A stretch of DNA of 64,000 nucleotides from Felis catus (Eukaryota). The notes under the pieces are model-generated. The model did not search any database. It saw only the letters and a program-made list of their open reading frames with translations, and was not told the DNA's origin. Shown here one piece after another: positions 1 to 11,700 of the stretch. The position numbers and the translations under genes were made by a program. Each line of letters begins with the position of its first letter. Position 1 is the stretch's first letter. The stretch is from the NCBI RefSeq assembly GCF_018350175.1, contig NC_058369.1, forward strand, positions 7,750,001 through 7,814,000, written 5' to 3'.

Positions 1-620
1 CTTACAGAAGGGGAAATTGAGGCCTTGAGAGCGGAGACCACTTGGCAGAGGAAGTGAGGAGACAACTCAGTTGGAACTTTTCCATTCCTGGAGGGCTAGC
101 CTCCTCCACCTCACGTCCTGGGAGAGAGAAGCACACTGACTTCATGTCCCTCCTCTGCTCAAGTCCGCCGTGGCTCCCCACTGCCCTCCGAATGAAGAAC
201 AAGTCCTTGGCATGACCTGCCCTGCCCACATGATCCATCTTCCTGACCTTTCTCCCAGCTCTTCCTCCTCACTAACTCTCTCCAGCCACCCTGCCTCAGG
301 ACCTTTGCACTTGTGCCTGTTGCCTAGAATTAATTTCTCTCTTCTCTGAATGGCCAGCCCCTTCTCATCATTCGGATCTCTGCTCACACATTACCCTGTC
401 ACCAAGTCACTGTCTGTTCTCTCACCCTGTTTTGTTTTTGCCAAAGCTCTTAATAACATCAGTTATTAATTATCTTGTTTGCCTATGAATTTTTCTGTCT
501 CCCACACTGAAGGCAGCGTTTTGCCTCGTTCGGGGCTCTGTGCCCAGCCCTCAACCCAGGCTGGGTACACGGTAATTGCTGATGAACCCGATTTGTCCTG
601 ACTTCCATCTTTTGTTCTAG

Positions 621-1199
621 GACTTGGAGGGGCCCAAACATCAGTGCACCCCCTAGAAGCCATCATACCCCGAGGCGGCTCTGTGCAGGTGAACTGTAGT
701 ACTTCTTGTGACCATCGCCCCTTCTTGGGCCTGGAGACGCAGCTGACTAAGAAGGAGGTCGCTCAGGGGGACAACTGGAAGATGTTTGAACTGACTGGTG
801 TGCAGGAAGATAGCACCCCAATATGCTTCTCATCCTGTCAAGCACAGACAATGGTTTCGATGTCTCTCACCGTGTACTGTGAGTGGCTGGGACCAGGGGC
901 TGGACAAGGCAAGCTGGGTGGGGGAGGTGGACGCGTGCGAGTCCCCTCAGGCTGGGACAGCCTTTGTTGCTTGGTGGTGGGGACAGAGCTGGCTCGCCAG
1001 AGCACTGGTGGGCACATCTTCGGAAAGCCTCATTGTCGTTTGAAACCCCTTCTTGAATTTTCTTGGGTGCATTTAGCGTATTGCAGAGATTCAGTACATT
1101 TGAGTACTATAGGCCTCTGGAAACATGTGACAGATCCTAGATATGACTCTTTATTTTATTTTTTTATTATTAAAAAAATTGTTTTAAATCTTAATTTTT

Positions 1200-1249
<50 letters not shown>

Positions 1250-1846
1250 AAGAGCAGGGGAGGAACAGAGAGAGAGGGAGACATAGAATCCAAAGCAGGC
1301 TCCAGGCTCTGAGTTGTCAGTACAGAGCCCAACACAGGGCTCGAACTCCCCAACCGCGAGCTCATGACCTGAGCCAAAGTTGGACACTTAACCGACCGAG
1401 CCACCCAGGCGCCCCTAGATATGACTTTTTAAAAGATGTAGTTTAGGGGCGCCTGGATGGCACGGTCGGTTGAACATCTGACTCCTGATTTTGGCTCAGG
1501 TCAGGATCTCACTGTTCGTGGGTTCAAGCCCTACTTTGGGCTCTGCACCGACAGTGCGGAGTCTGCTTGGGACTGTCTCTCTCCCTCTCTCTCTGCCTCT
1601 CCCCTGCTTATACATGCTCTCTCTGTCTCTCTCTCAAAATAAATAAACATTAACAAAAAAGGAGATGCAGTTTAGGGGCACCTGGGTGACTCAGTGGGTT
1701 AAACGCGTCTGACTTCGGCTCAGGTCATGATCTCACGGTCCGTGAGTTCGAGCCCTGCGTCGGACTCTGCTGACAGCTCAGAGCCTGGAAGCTGCTTCAG
1801 ATTCTGTGTCTTCCTCTCTCTCTGCCCCTCCCCCGCTTGTGCTCGG

Positions 1847-1887
<41 letters not shown>

Positions 1888-4800
1888 CTCTCAAAAATAA
1901 ATAAACATTTAAAACAAAATGTTAAAGAAGATGCAATTTAAAAGTAGCCCGGACATGGCAATTTTCACATATTGGCAGCAGTCAAAAGGGTTGATAACCG
2001 CCATGCTGGCAAGACGGTGGGGAAGCGGGCAGTCCTGGGACATCGCTGACAACGTGGGAACAGAGAAGCACAGCCCCGAGTGGGGAAGTGGTGTCAGTTC
2101 TCTAAGTGGCCCACGCATGTGTGCTTTGACACAGAAACCCCATTCCTCGGGATTGGGCTTATGTGTGTCCCCAGCCCCGCGGGAGCGGCGCGGGCTGCGG
2201 GATGGGGTTATTTTACTGTGGCTTTATTTGCATGGGCAAAAGTTTGCAAGCCACTCGGGCACAGGGCACGGGGGAGAGACGCTGTAGTTTGCTCACTTGA
2301 AGGCGCAGTATGCAACTGCACAAAGAGAAGGAGGAAGCTCCCGTGTCCTGAAAGAGAAATGACCTCCAAGGTGTCCCGTCACGTTCAAGAGAAGAGAGGC
2401 GTGCCCAGAACGAGTGGCATGCCATCCTTCGTGTTGAGGACCAGCAGGGTGGGGTGAGGGCCGCCCGTGTTGACACAGAAAGGAGCCAGGAGCGGAAATC
2501 CAAGAAAAGAGAGAGAGAGGCTGGGGGAGGGGCGCTCCGGGAGAGGGCATGGGGCCAGTGTTTTCTATGTGTCTTCTTCTCTGGGCACTTTCAACTGTGA
2601 GAACTACTATTACCATAGGCAATGAATAAATAAAATTCAGATGAAAACAAGATGGAACAAACAAACAAGGAAGAAAGGACAGAAAGAGAGTTAGCCAACT
2701 GGTCTCGGGGTTAGACAGCTTTGGGTTCCAGTCCCAGCATGGCCTTTATGGACCGGGTGGCCACGGGGGATATGGCTTGTTCACTGACTTTGCCATGAGA
2801 CCTCCTCGCGTGGGTGTAATGATGCATTGAGGCGTGAAGGACACTCCACCATCATGGTGTCTGGGCAAAGCCTTTGGGGAAAACAGCGGCTTTGCTTCTG
2901 ATTTGGAGCATGTTTGGGCAGATTCTGGCCAGCTGAGGAGAGTCCCCAAACGTTCCCAGTGGCCTGTAAAACCCCAGGCAAACCTCCTCGAGGGACTTCT
3001 GCATCTTGGCGTGATAGTTGAAAACCCAGTGCTCCAACTTTGGGGCCTGGGTCTGCCACTGCCACGTCTCTCCCTCTGTGACTTTGGGTACCAGGCTTTG
3101 CCTTAATTTCCAGCTGTGTGAAATGGAGCCGACGTCCTGCACACAGGCGGGGGGTCACCTAGGAGAGGCCCTATCTAGCTTGGTCCTGCCCCACCCCTGG
3201 TGTAAAGATCCCTGGGTGGCTGAACTTTCTCTAGAAAGGATAAGCGTGTTACCTCCTGTAGGAGATGACCCCTAACTGGGCCTTGAAGGGTGAGTAGAAG
3301 TTGGTAGAGACAGGCATTCAGGGCAGAGGGAACAGCCTAGGTTTGAGTGGGAAAACATGCTGAACGGAGGGGGTCGGTGTTAGGAAGGGCTGAATACCAG
3401 CAGATTGGTGGGGATTTCCTCAGGGTGTTAGGAAGCCATGGAGGGTGTGAGAGCAGGCCAGGGATCTAGATAGCAGAAGGCTGGGCTGCCTGGGTGGCTC
3501 AGTTGGTTAAGTATCCAACTCTTGGTTTTGGCTCAGGTCACGATCTCACGGTTCATGGGTTCGAGCCCCGAATGGGATTTTCTCTCTCTCTGCCCCTCCC
3601 ACGTCTCTCTCTTTGGCTCTCTCTCTCTCTCAAAATAAATAAGCAAATAAACTTAAAAAAAAAAAATCATTAGCAGAAGGCTGGCCTTTTGGGAAGCCAG
3701 CGAGCAGTTGGCCATGGACCTCGTCCAGGCCACATGTGTGGGCAGTGGCTGGGTACAGGAAGGGAGAGCAGACAAATACTTGGAAGAGGGAACTAACCAG
3801 GACTGAAGGTTGGGGTTCAGGGAGAGGCAGGGGCAAGACAGACCTCCTCCCCCAGTCTGGCCTTCAGGGCAAGGAGCTGTGCTCAGAGATAGGAACTCCT
3901 TTTGGGGGCTGAGGTTTGAGGTTTGCACCCAGCTCTGCAAATTCGTGTTTGCAGCAGGTGCTTATGGGTAAGCACTGGACGTCTAAAGGTTTTCTTGCCC
4001 CCCCCCCGTTTGTTTTTAAAGCTATACTGAGATAACATCTACCGAATACATACATAAGTCACCCCTTTCAAGTGTACAATTCAACAAATTTGCATGTATT
4101 TATAGAGTAGCACAGCCCTCACCACCATCTAATTTTAGAACATTTCCATCACCCTAAAAGGAAACCTCATGTCCATTTACAGTCATTCTATTTCTTAAAT
4201 GCATTAATGAAAGCCCTACCTCCAATAACCCATTTTACAGCTCAGGAAACTGAGATTCGATTTCCCCAACTGCGAGGGCTGGAGCAATTTCCAGGGCAAA
4301 GTCGCTCGCCTACAGCTCATAGCACAGAAGCCCCAAAGCTAGGAATCAAACCCAGGGCCCTCAGTGCTAAGTCGCAGCTCACTGGGACTCTGCTTTTAAT
4401 TTTCACTTTCAGTCCTGGCCTGAAATTCTGTTACTTTATGTGTAACGGGGACCCTGGCCTGCAAAACCCAAACCCACATGTTGTGTTTTCAGGGGATACT
4501 TAGAGTTCCGTTTTGAGTGTCTGTTGGTTATTCTTGCATTTTTAACATTTCAGGGGACCACGCAGCACATTTGGGAACTTCTTTCCCCTAAAAGGGGGCT
4601 CCTGAAAGGCCTTAAGTCAGTGCGGGTGGCTCAAACTTATTTTTTCTATAAATACAGAGAGCCTACTGTGTGCCACCAACGGATCAGGGAACAAAGCTGA
4701 CAAAGACCCCCCCCCCCCCCCCCCGCCTCTCCTGGGCTGAAGTTACCTGGCAGGACGGGGAAATAGAGAAACGAGTTAACTGAGAAGATGTGTGTCACCC

Positions 4801-7254
4801 TTGGGTGTCGGACAGTGAGGTGTGCTATGGGGGGAAATAAGGCCAAGAAGAAGAGAAGGGGGTAGCATAGGGTCTCTTAAAAACAATCTCTACTCAATCT
4901 CTCCTGGACTGGGCAGTTTAAATTTACTGTATGTATTTGACGGGACTCCCGGTGATAGATTTTGAGGTTTTTGGTTTTTTGTTTTTTTTTTTCCACCCTT
5001 CACTCTTAGACGCTGCAGTGGATAAATTGTTTTTGCCCCCTTCTCAGCCACCTGGGGACTTCCCACCGGTTTATCCTGAAGCTCTTAACATTCCTGTCTG
5101 GCTTAGGTGGTTTGGGGTGTGTCGCGTGAAGAGCGGGGAGGGGGGGAGGCCCCTGGACGGGACGCAGCCGGCGCCCCAGCGCCCCCTGCGGGCGGGCAGC
5201 CTCTCTGGCTCACACAACACCCCCCCACCCCCAGGGTTCCCGGAGCGCGTGGAGTTGGCCCCCCTGCCCCGCTGGCAGCCCGTGGGCGAAAACCTCACCC
5301 TGCGCTGCCAGGTGGCCGGCGGGGCGCCCCGGACCAACCTCACGGTGGTGCTGCTCCGCGGGGAGGAGGAGCTGAGCCGGCAGCCGGCCGTCGGGGAGCC
5401 CGCCGAGGCCACGGTCACGGTGCTGGCGGGCAGAGACGACCACCTCGCCAATTTCTCGTGCCGCACGGAACTGGACTTGCGGTCCCGAGGGCTGGGTCTG
5501 TTCCAGAACAGCTCGGCCCCCAGGCAGCTCCGAACTTTCGGTGAGGCGCTGGAGAGCTGCCAGAGAGGATAGGCTGGGGCGGGGGGGGGGGGGGGGGGGG
5601 GGGGGGGGGAGGGTCCTGCTTGGCGCGTGGGGAAGAAAGGGGCCTTTGGTCATGGGGGTGCTAAGGTGGTGACCTACCTAGATTACAAGGGCTCCTGGGA
5701 AAGAGCATGTTCTTGGCCATTGGGGTGGGGTGCGCTGGGATGGGGCGCCCCAGCTGCAGGATCTTCTGAGAAGGCGGTAACCCCATGTGTAACCCCATAT
5801 GTGTGCCGGGGCAGGGGTGACCCCGGGCCACGGAGGCTCTTGGGAAGAGGATGCCCCAGATGAGGGAATGAAGATGCCCCCAGAAAAGGGCTTTAGGTTG
5901 TCTGTCCCCTCTGTGTTCACACCCACCCTCTCTCACCAGTCCTGCCAGCAACGCACCCAAACCTTGTTACCCCCAGCGTTGTGGAAGCGGGCACAGAGTG
6001 GCCCGTGAACTGCACCATGGACGGGCTGTTCCCAGCTTCGGAGGCCCAAGTCCGCCTGGAGCTGTCTGGCCGGAATCTGCACCCCACAGTCACGCACAAC
6101 AACGACTCCCTCTTGGCCACGGCCCATGACAAGGCCAACATGGAAGAGGAGGGCACCCGGCAGCTGTCGTGCGTGGTGACCCTGGGACACCAGAGCCGGT
6201 CGTGGCAGGAGAATGTGACCATCTACAGTAAGTAGAGACGGGGCGGGGCTTCCAAGGGGTGGGACCGGTACTGGGAGGCGGTGCTCACCGTGTGCCCCGC
6301 CCCCAGGCTTCCCGGCTCCCAACCTGACCCTGAGTGAGCCAGAGGTCTCAGAACAGACTGTGGTGACCGTGGAGTGTGAAGCCCAGGCCGGGGCCCTGGT
6401 GATGCTGAGCGGGGGGGTCCCGGCAAGGCTTCCAGGACCCAGGGCCCAGCTCCAACTAAATGCCAGCGCCGAGGACAATGGGCGCATCTTCTTCTGCTCT
6501 GCTCTCCTGGAGGTGGCCGGGCAGGTGCTACGCAAGAACCAGACCCGGGAGCTCCGTGTCCTGTGTGAGTGGAGCTGCTGGACAATGACTCCTAATCCTC
6601 AAGACCCAACCCCTAAGGCCCCTGGAGCTCCTGCCCTCTGGGGGTCCCCTCCGGCCCTCTCCCCAGATTCCAGAGTCCTCCTGTCCCAGGTGGTGAGGGG
6701 TGTCCTGGTCCCTGACCTCATCCCTCATCTTGCTGTGTTTCTCCAGATGGTCCCCGACTAGACAAGAGGGATTGTCTGGGAAACTGGACGTGGCAGGAAG
6801 GCTCCCAGCAGACCCTGACATGCCAAGCTCGGGGAAATCCAGTTCCTGAGCTGAAGTGTCGCCGGAAGGGGGATAATGCTCTGCTGCCCATCGGGGACCT
6901 GAGACCTGTCACGCGGGAGGTTGCAGGCACTTACCTGTGTCAGGCCAGGAGCCCCCGTGGTGAGGTCACCCGTGAAGTGGTCGTGAACGTGATCTGTGAG
7001 TGTGCCGGTGTTTAGGGCTGGGCAGGGCGGAGGCAGTGAGCCTGGCTCGACCTTCATCACCCACTGTGTCCTCCCCCACAGACCACCGGAATTACATCCT
7101 CACCACCATTCTGGTGACAGTTGCTTTCACCATAGGAGCTGCGGGCCTAGCTGCTTACTTCTATAACCGCCAGCGGAAGATCCAGAAATACAAGTTACAG
7201 AAGGCCCAGGAGGCGGCTGCCATGAAGCTGAACACACCAGCCACGCCACCCTGA
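621..7254 (+). CDS. ICAM1: Intercellular adhesion molecule 1, 5'-partial (exon 1 outside window). Coding exons: 621-878 (D1), 5235-5540 (D2), 5940-6227 (D3), 6307-6564 (D4), 6747-6995 (D5), 7082-7254 (TM + tail, TGA)
   Basis: All exons are flanked by AG/GT, phase 1, and splice in frame. D1 reads [25 protein letters not shown]...LGLETQL (integrin-binding Glu motif). The tail [19 protein letters not shown]...TPATPP is ICAM1-type. The gene sits directly upstream of ICAM4. Confidence 0.97.
1149..1414 (-). mobile_element. Can-SINE with (AG)n tract, ICAM1 intron 2
   Basis: Reverse-complement GGGGCGCCTGGGTGGCTC head; TSD CTAGATATGACT at 1137-1148 and 1415-1426. Confidence 0.92.
1446..1927 (+). mobile_element. 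Two tandem Can-SINEs (1446-1660 and 1675-~1920)
   Basis: Two tRNA-derived heads, each with a (CT)n body and AATAAATAAACATT-A tail. Confidence 0.92.
3483..3665 (+). mobile_element. Can-SINE (internally shortened)
   Basis: GCCTGGGTGGCTCAG head and A-tail. Confidence 0.85.
4015..4200 (-). mobile_element. Old L1 3'-end fragment
   Basis: Resembles L1M-type 3'UTR (CCTTTCAAGTGTACAATTCA...ATTTTAGAACATTTCCATCACCC); assigned by recognition only. Confidence 0.6.
5235..5540 (+). repeat. Inverted repeat arm 1 (ICAM1 D2 exon); partner at 46631-46936
   Basis: Manual comparison: 304/306 nt identical to the reverse complement of 46631-46936. Confidence 0.97.
5581..5609 (+). repeat. G29 homopolymer in ICAM1 intron 3
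   Basis: Read directly from the sequence. Confidence 0.9.
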
Positions 7255-7726
7255 ACCTGTCCCAGGACAGGGCCGCCTCCTCAGCCCCCCACACAGTGGC
7301 AGCGGTGCCACACTGAACAATGGTCCATTCAGCTCCACCCACCTTCCCAGGACGCCCGAGGACAGGACAGAGGCCTCAGGATACAGACAGCATTGGGGAT
7401 CAAGGCGCATGCACACTTAGGATCCCCAAGCCTCACACCTGACCTGTAGTCACAGGACTGAGCCATGAGGAGGGGGCGGGACTTGGGTCATGACTGTGAG
7501 GGGTGCCAAAGCCTGACCAGACCAGAGGGGGTGTGGTGGGACACTTGACCTGGGACACCCAACTGCGAAACAGTGAAACTCACCCCTGCCGCGTGTGCTG
7601 AGGCCCCGCAGTCCTAGGGAGAAGTGGCCTGCACAAACACATACAGCATGAAAACATATCCCCATCCTTCCTCTGACATGCCAGCTCCAGTGCGGCTGTC
7701 CATTGACTGTCCCCAACTTTTGATGG

Positions 7727-7765
7727 ATGTATTTATTAATTTGTTCTCTTATGAGCTATTTATTG
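7727..7765 (+). promoter_or_regulatory. AU-rich elements in ICAM1 3'UTR
   Basis: ATTTA at 7731-7735 and 7758-7762 in U-rich context, downstream of the stop codon. Confidence 0.55.
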
Positions 7766-8340
7766 ACTGCCTTTTATGTGGGTTAGAATAGTAAAGAAGA
7801 GGAACATAGGTTCCTGTCCTCAGGGAGCTCTCAGTCTAGTCTCATTCAGGGCCACCAGGTACAGTTGTACTGGCTGTGCACTGCAAAGGAGTGCCTGGCA
7901 AAAAGATCAAGTGGGGCTAGAATTTCCTACTCCGGCTGGCTAAGCTGCTTTCCCCCAGAAGGGGACTGGCAATGGTGATATGGTTTAGTTGGTAACCTAC
8001 CCAGGGACAACCACTGAGCCCTTACGCCTCCCCCCATCTCTGACACTGACCTCCGTTAACCGCCTCTCTGCCCATAAGCGTCTGCTAGTACTCACAGTGA
8101 CACTGTGGCGTCCCTAAACATGAATGCCCATTCACTGGCAGCTAAACCATGTAGTCCCATGAAACTATGCCCAACCGCTGTGTGTCCCTGCCTTGTCCTA
8201 CCTGCTTCCATCTTGGGACCATGCAAGAACAGAGCACTCTGGCAGCTCCAAATTCCAGCGGAGACAAGGGCCCTGCAGGCAGTGCGGAGGAGGGGCCTGG
8301 GAGGATCCCCTCCCAGTTCCAGGAGCCTCTTTCTTGTGCT

Positions 8341-8346
8341 AATAAA
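8341..8346 (+). terminator. ICAM1 polyadenylation signal
   Basis: AATAAA ~1.09 kb after the stop codon and before the ICAM4 promoter. Confidence 0.75.
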
Positions 8347-8678
8347 GCTGCTTCTCAGTGTACCTGCCTTGTGTGAGTTGAGGGAAGATGTCCAACGTCC
8401 AGCTGGAGCCCTTTCTAGTCCCATCCTCCCACTTCCTCCTCATCCTCCCATTCCCTCCCCTAAGAAAAGGCTGCCGGTTCAAGGCCCACCCCTGAGGCTC
8501 TAGTCCAAATCTGGGGCTCTTCAGAACCTCTTAAGATTCTAGCGAAAATTAAAGATTCCTCTCCAGAAAACTCTCTGACCCTTGGTTTCTGGTGGTTTGG
8601 AATCCTGTTCTTGAGCCGAGGGAGGGGCTGAGGGTCTTTACGCAGGCTCCAGGGCCCTCTAGGGGCCTCTGTCTCTCC

Positions 8679-8718
8679 GGGTGGGGCTGAGGAGGCGGGG
8701 CTGCGGGCCTCCTTATCT
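8679..8718 (+). promoter_or_regulatory. Erythroid-type ICAM4 proximal promoter: CACCC/KLF box plus GATA site
   Basis: GGGTGGGGC at 8679-8687 and TTATCT (AGATAA on -) at 8713-8718, 55-95 nt upstream of the ATG. Function is inferred from ICAM4 being erythroid. Confidence 0.6.
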
Positions 8719-8772
8719 CCACAGCCAGCTTTGGCTCCCTGGCGCGGGGCCCCTCAGTCTGGGCCCTTTCCG

Positions 8773-9880
8773 ATGGGGTCTCTGCTCCCCCTCTCGCTGC
8801 TGGTTTTGCTGGCGGCTGCCTACCGGGGAGGCGGGAGCGCGCGTTGGCGCCGGGCTGCGCGGGCTCAAGGCCCCGGAGGCAACTCTCCGGAGCCCTCGGA
8901 GACCTCGGCGTCCTTCTGGGTGCGCGTGAGCCCGGCGTTCAAGGCCGTGCCGCCGGGGGGTTCAGTGTGGCTTAACTGCAGCAGCAGCTGCCCCCTGCCG
9001 GAGAATTCCAGCCTCAGCACTCGGCTGCGGCGGGGCCGAACGCTTAGTGGGCCCGGCTGGGTATCCTACGAGCTGTTGGATGTGAGGGCCTGGAGCTCCG
9101 AGGTGCGCTGCTTCGTCACCTGCGCAGGAGAAACGCGGGGGGCCACGGCCAAGATCACCGCCTACAGTGAGGGACTGGGGCTCAGGTTCTTCTGGGGTGA
9201 GGGGAGGGGGACGGAGGGGGGGGGTATTTGACAGTCGCGTTAGGGGGCGCACGCGCACCTTGCTCAGCGGCCCCCTCTTGCTTTAGAACAGCCGCACAGC
9301 GTGATCCTGGATCCCCCAGTCTTAGTGGGCAGTGAGTACACGCTGCGCTGCCACGTGACACACGTATTCCCCGTGGGCTTCCTGGTGGTGACTCTGAGGC
9401 GCGGCGGCCGGGTCATCTACTCTGAGAACCTGGAGCGCTTCACTGGCCTGGACCTGGCCAATGTGACGCTGACGTACACGTTACCCGCTAGGCCCCGCGA
9501 CTTCTTGCAGCCCGTGACCTGCCACGCACGCCTCAATCTTGATGGCTTGGTGGTCCGCAGCAGCTCGGCACCCATGACGCTCACAGTCCTCGGTGAGGCA
9601 CCTTTGGAATCCTGGAGACCTGAGGAGGGGTGGGGAAGGGTTATGACCCCGGCAGGGTGAGAGAGCCAAGCGGCAGCTCCATGCGGGGCGTCACATCAAC
9701 ATGTGTTCCCTTCCTAATTCTCACCTCCTGTCCCCAGCTTGGAGCCCCGTGCCCAAGGTCTTGGCCTCCACCTCCATCGCGGCCTTTGTGGGGATCCTTC
9801 TCGTCGTGGGGGCCACCTACCTGCGAAAATGGCTATTGATGCAGTCCCGGGGCGCAGAGGGGGTGGTCCATGACCAATGA
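8773..9880 (+). CDS. ICAM4: Intercellular adhesion molecule 4 (LW blood-group orthologue). Exons 8773-9166, 9287-9592, 9738-9880; 280 aa
   Basis: N-terminus MGSLLPLSLLVLLAAAY; two Ig domains (FWVRVSP...GPGWVSYELLDVRAWSS; YTLRCHVTHVFPVGFLVVTLR); TM IAAFVGILLVVGATYL; canonical splice sites; AATAAA at 9930-9935. Confidence 0.96.
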
Positions 9881-9929
9881 GCCAGAGGAAAAAGGAATCA
9901 GAAGCAATTTGGGGAACCCTGACTGATTC

Positions 9930-9935
9930 AATAAA
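9930..9935 (+). terminator. ICAM4 polyadenylation signal
   Basis: AATAAA 50 nt after the stop codon. Confidence 0.8.
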
Positions 9936-10549
9936 GCCTTCCTCAGTCAGCCTCTGTCCCATGGCCTAAACGTCCCCCATTAGGGTTCCTTTTTGGCCTT
10001 GCCTCAATCACTTTCTCCAAGTTCCTGGTCTCTCTTAGGGCACCTGAGGTTTCCTCATTCTCAACCACCTGGGGACCTGGGCGTCCCAGTCCCTCTGCAT
10101 TTCCAGCCAAGTGTGGCAAAGTACTTCTCCTGCAGGCATTATCAGAGGGGTGCAGATAGGCATAGTTTGGGTACTGGAGGGCTTTGGGCTGTGGTGGTGG
10201 TAGGGGGTGGCTCACAGTATGGTTTTTCCTTATTGGCTCTGCTGCCGCCACGCTGCAGCTCTGATTGGATGTTAAGTTTCCTTTCCTATCCCCCACCCCC
10301 CTTAAAACCTAGCACTTTCCTGGAGGACAGGGGTGGAGCTAGAACTGGCCCCCACAGTTTCACTGTTAGTGCTGGGGGGAGAGCACAAATGGGAGGGGGC
10401 CCATGACACTGAGGGACAAAGATATGAAGAAAAGGTACCCATGTGGTGACTGCAGGGAAGGAGCAATCAGATGGCCCACGTGGGGTGTCACAGACTCATG
10501 TCCTGGCAATGTCTTGATAGTCACCGGGCACATGCGGGGGTGTCAAAGC

Positions 10550-11700
10550 TTGGGGCCCGGATGAAGGGTCGAAGTGTTATAGTTGGTCTCTTGGTCTCGC
10601 GTGGACAGAATCCGAGCCCGCACTGGGTATCTGGCAGGGCCCGGGCTGTCCAGGGCCCCGCCTACCGCGCGGCAAGCGGATTCTGGGGTGCTCTTCCGAG
10701 GCTTGAGCTCATACACGCCGCGTAGACACGTGCCCGCTGCACGCTGGGTAAATACAGACCCAGAGCGGAGCCGACCCTAATTTAGACGCCCGCGAACGCT
10801 GCGCGCATGCACACGTGTTCCCGACTCGCTGGCACTTTCGTCCCCACCCCCTCTGTCGCGTGCGGGGGCGGAGCCGGAGGGGGACTAGGGGCGTGGCTGT
10901 AATCCTCAGCTCTCCGGGTCAAAAGGAGAAGGATCCGTGAGGGAGGCCTCCCCACACCCTTCCCTAGAACTGTGCCTTCCCCCATCCTGCTCTTTCCAGA
11001 TCTCTCCTAGCCCTCAAACCCTCAACCCCCTGCTCAAGGGGCGCGGGGCGGAGGCGGGGGGGGGGGACGGATAACTACGGGGGCGGAGCTCTGAGTCCAG
11101 CTTATTATCACGGCATCCAAGCTAGGGGTAGCGTGGGGGTTTGAGAAGGGCAACCCAGCATCCCCGGACCTCCGCTTCGCCGCGGAGGATGACGCGGGAG
11201 CGCGCGGCCGCCCCCAGAAGGCTCCGGGCGATGGGGCGGGCTTCCACGTAGACCCCGGGGGTCGCTCGCTCCTGCCAGCACGCCTTCGCCAAGGCCGGGA
11301 GCCTGGAGCACGCTCGCCCTCCCGCCCCCCCAGCCGCCTCTGCCGCCGCCCCCTCCTTGGAAACCAAGTTACCAACGTTAAACCAATCCCCGAACGCAAC
11401 TCTGCCTCCTCCACAACCCACCCGCCGCGCCGTCCTCTAGCCCAGCTCCGCGCTCGCGCTCGCGCTCTCCTCGCCTCCTGCGCTTCCCCCGCGGCGGCGA
11501 TGCCAGGGCCCTCGCCAGGGCTGTGCCGGGCGTTGCTCGGCCTCTGGGCGGCCCTGGGCCTGGGGTTCCTCGGCCTCTCAGGTAAGAGCCGGGTCCTGGC
11601 TCAGGGTGGACAGGGTGGGGGCGGAGTTCCCGGACCAGATAAGCGGCCACAAGCCTCTCCCGGCTCCGCCCTCCTCTCGCTCCACTCCCACGCTTCTGCC
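10550..11700. promoter_or_regulatory. CpG-rich ICAM5 promoter/exon 1 region
   Basis: Dense CpG and GC boxes around the ATG at 11500; boundaries judged by eye. Confidence 0.7.

Noticed and set aside
73-83. NF-kB-like GGAACTTTTCC and nearby Ets motif in ICAM1 intron 1
   Set aside because: Imperfect match to GGGRNWYYCC; short motifs like this are expected by chance without conservation data.
1446-1520. tRNA-like A/B-box sequences at SINE heads as tRNA genes
   Set aside because: They are tRNA-derived SINE 5' ends followed by (CT)n and A tails; no complete cloverleaf.
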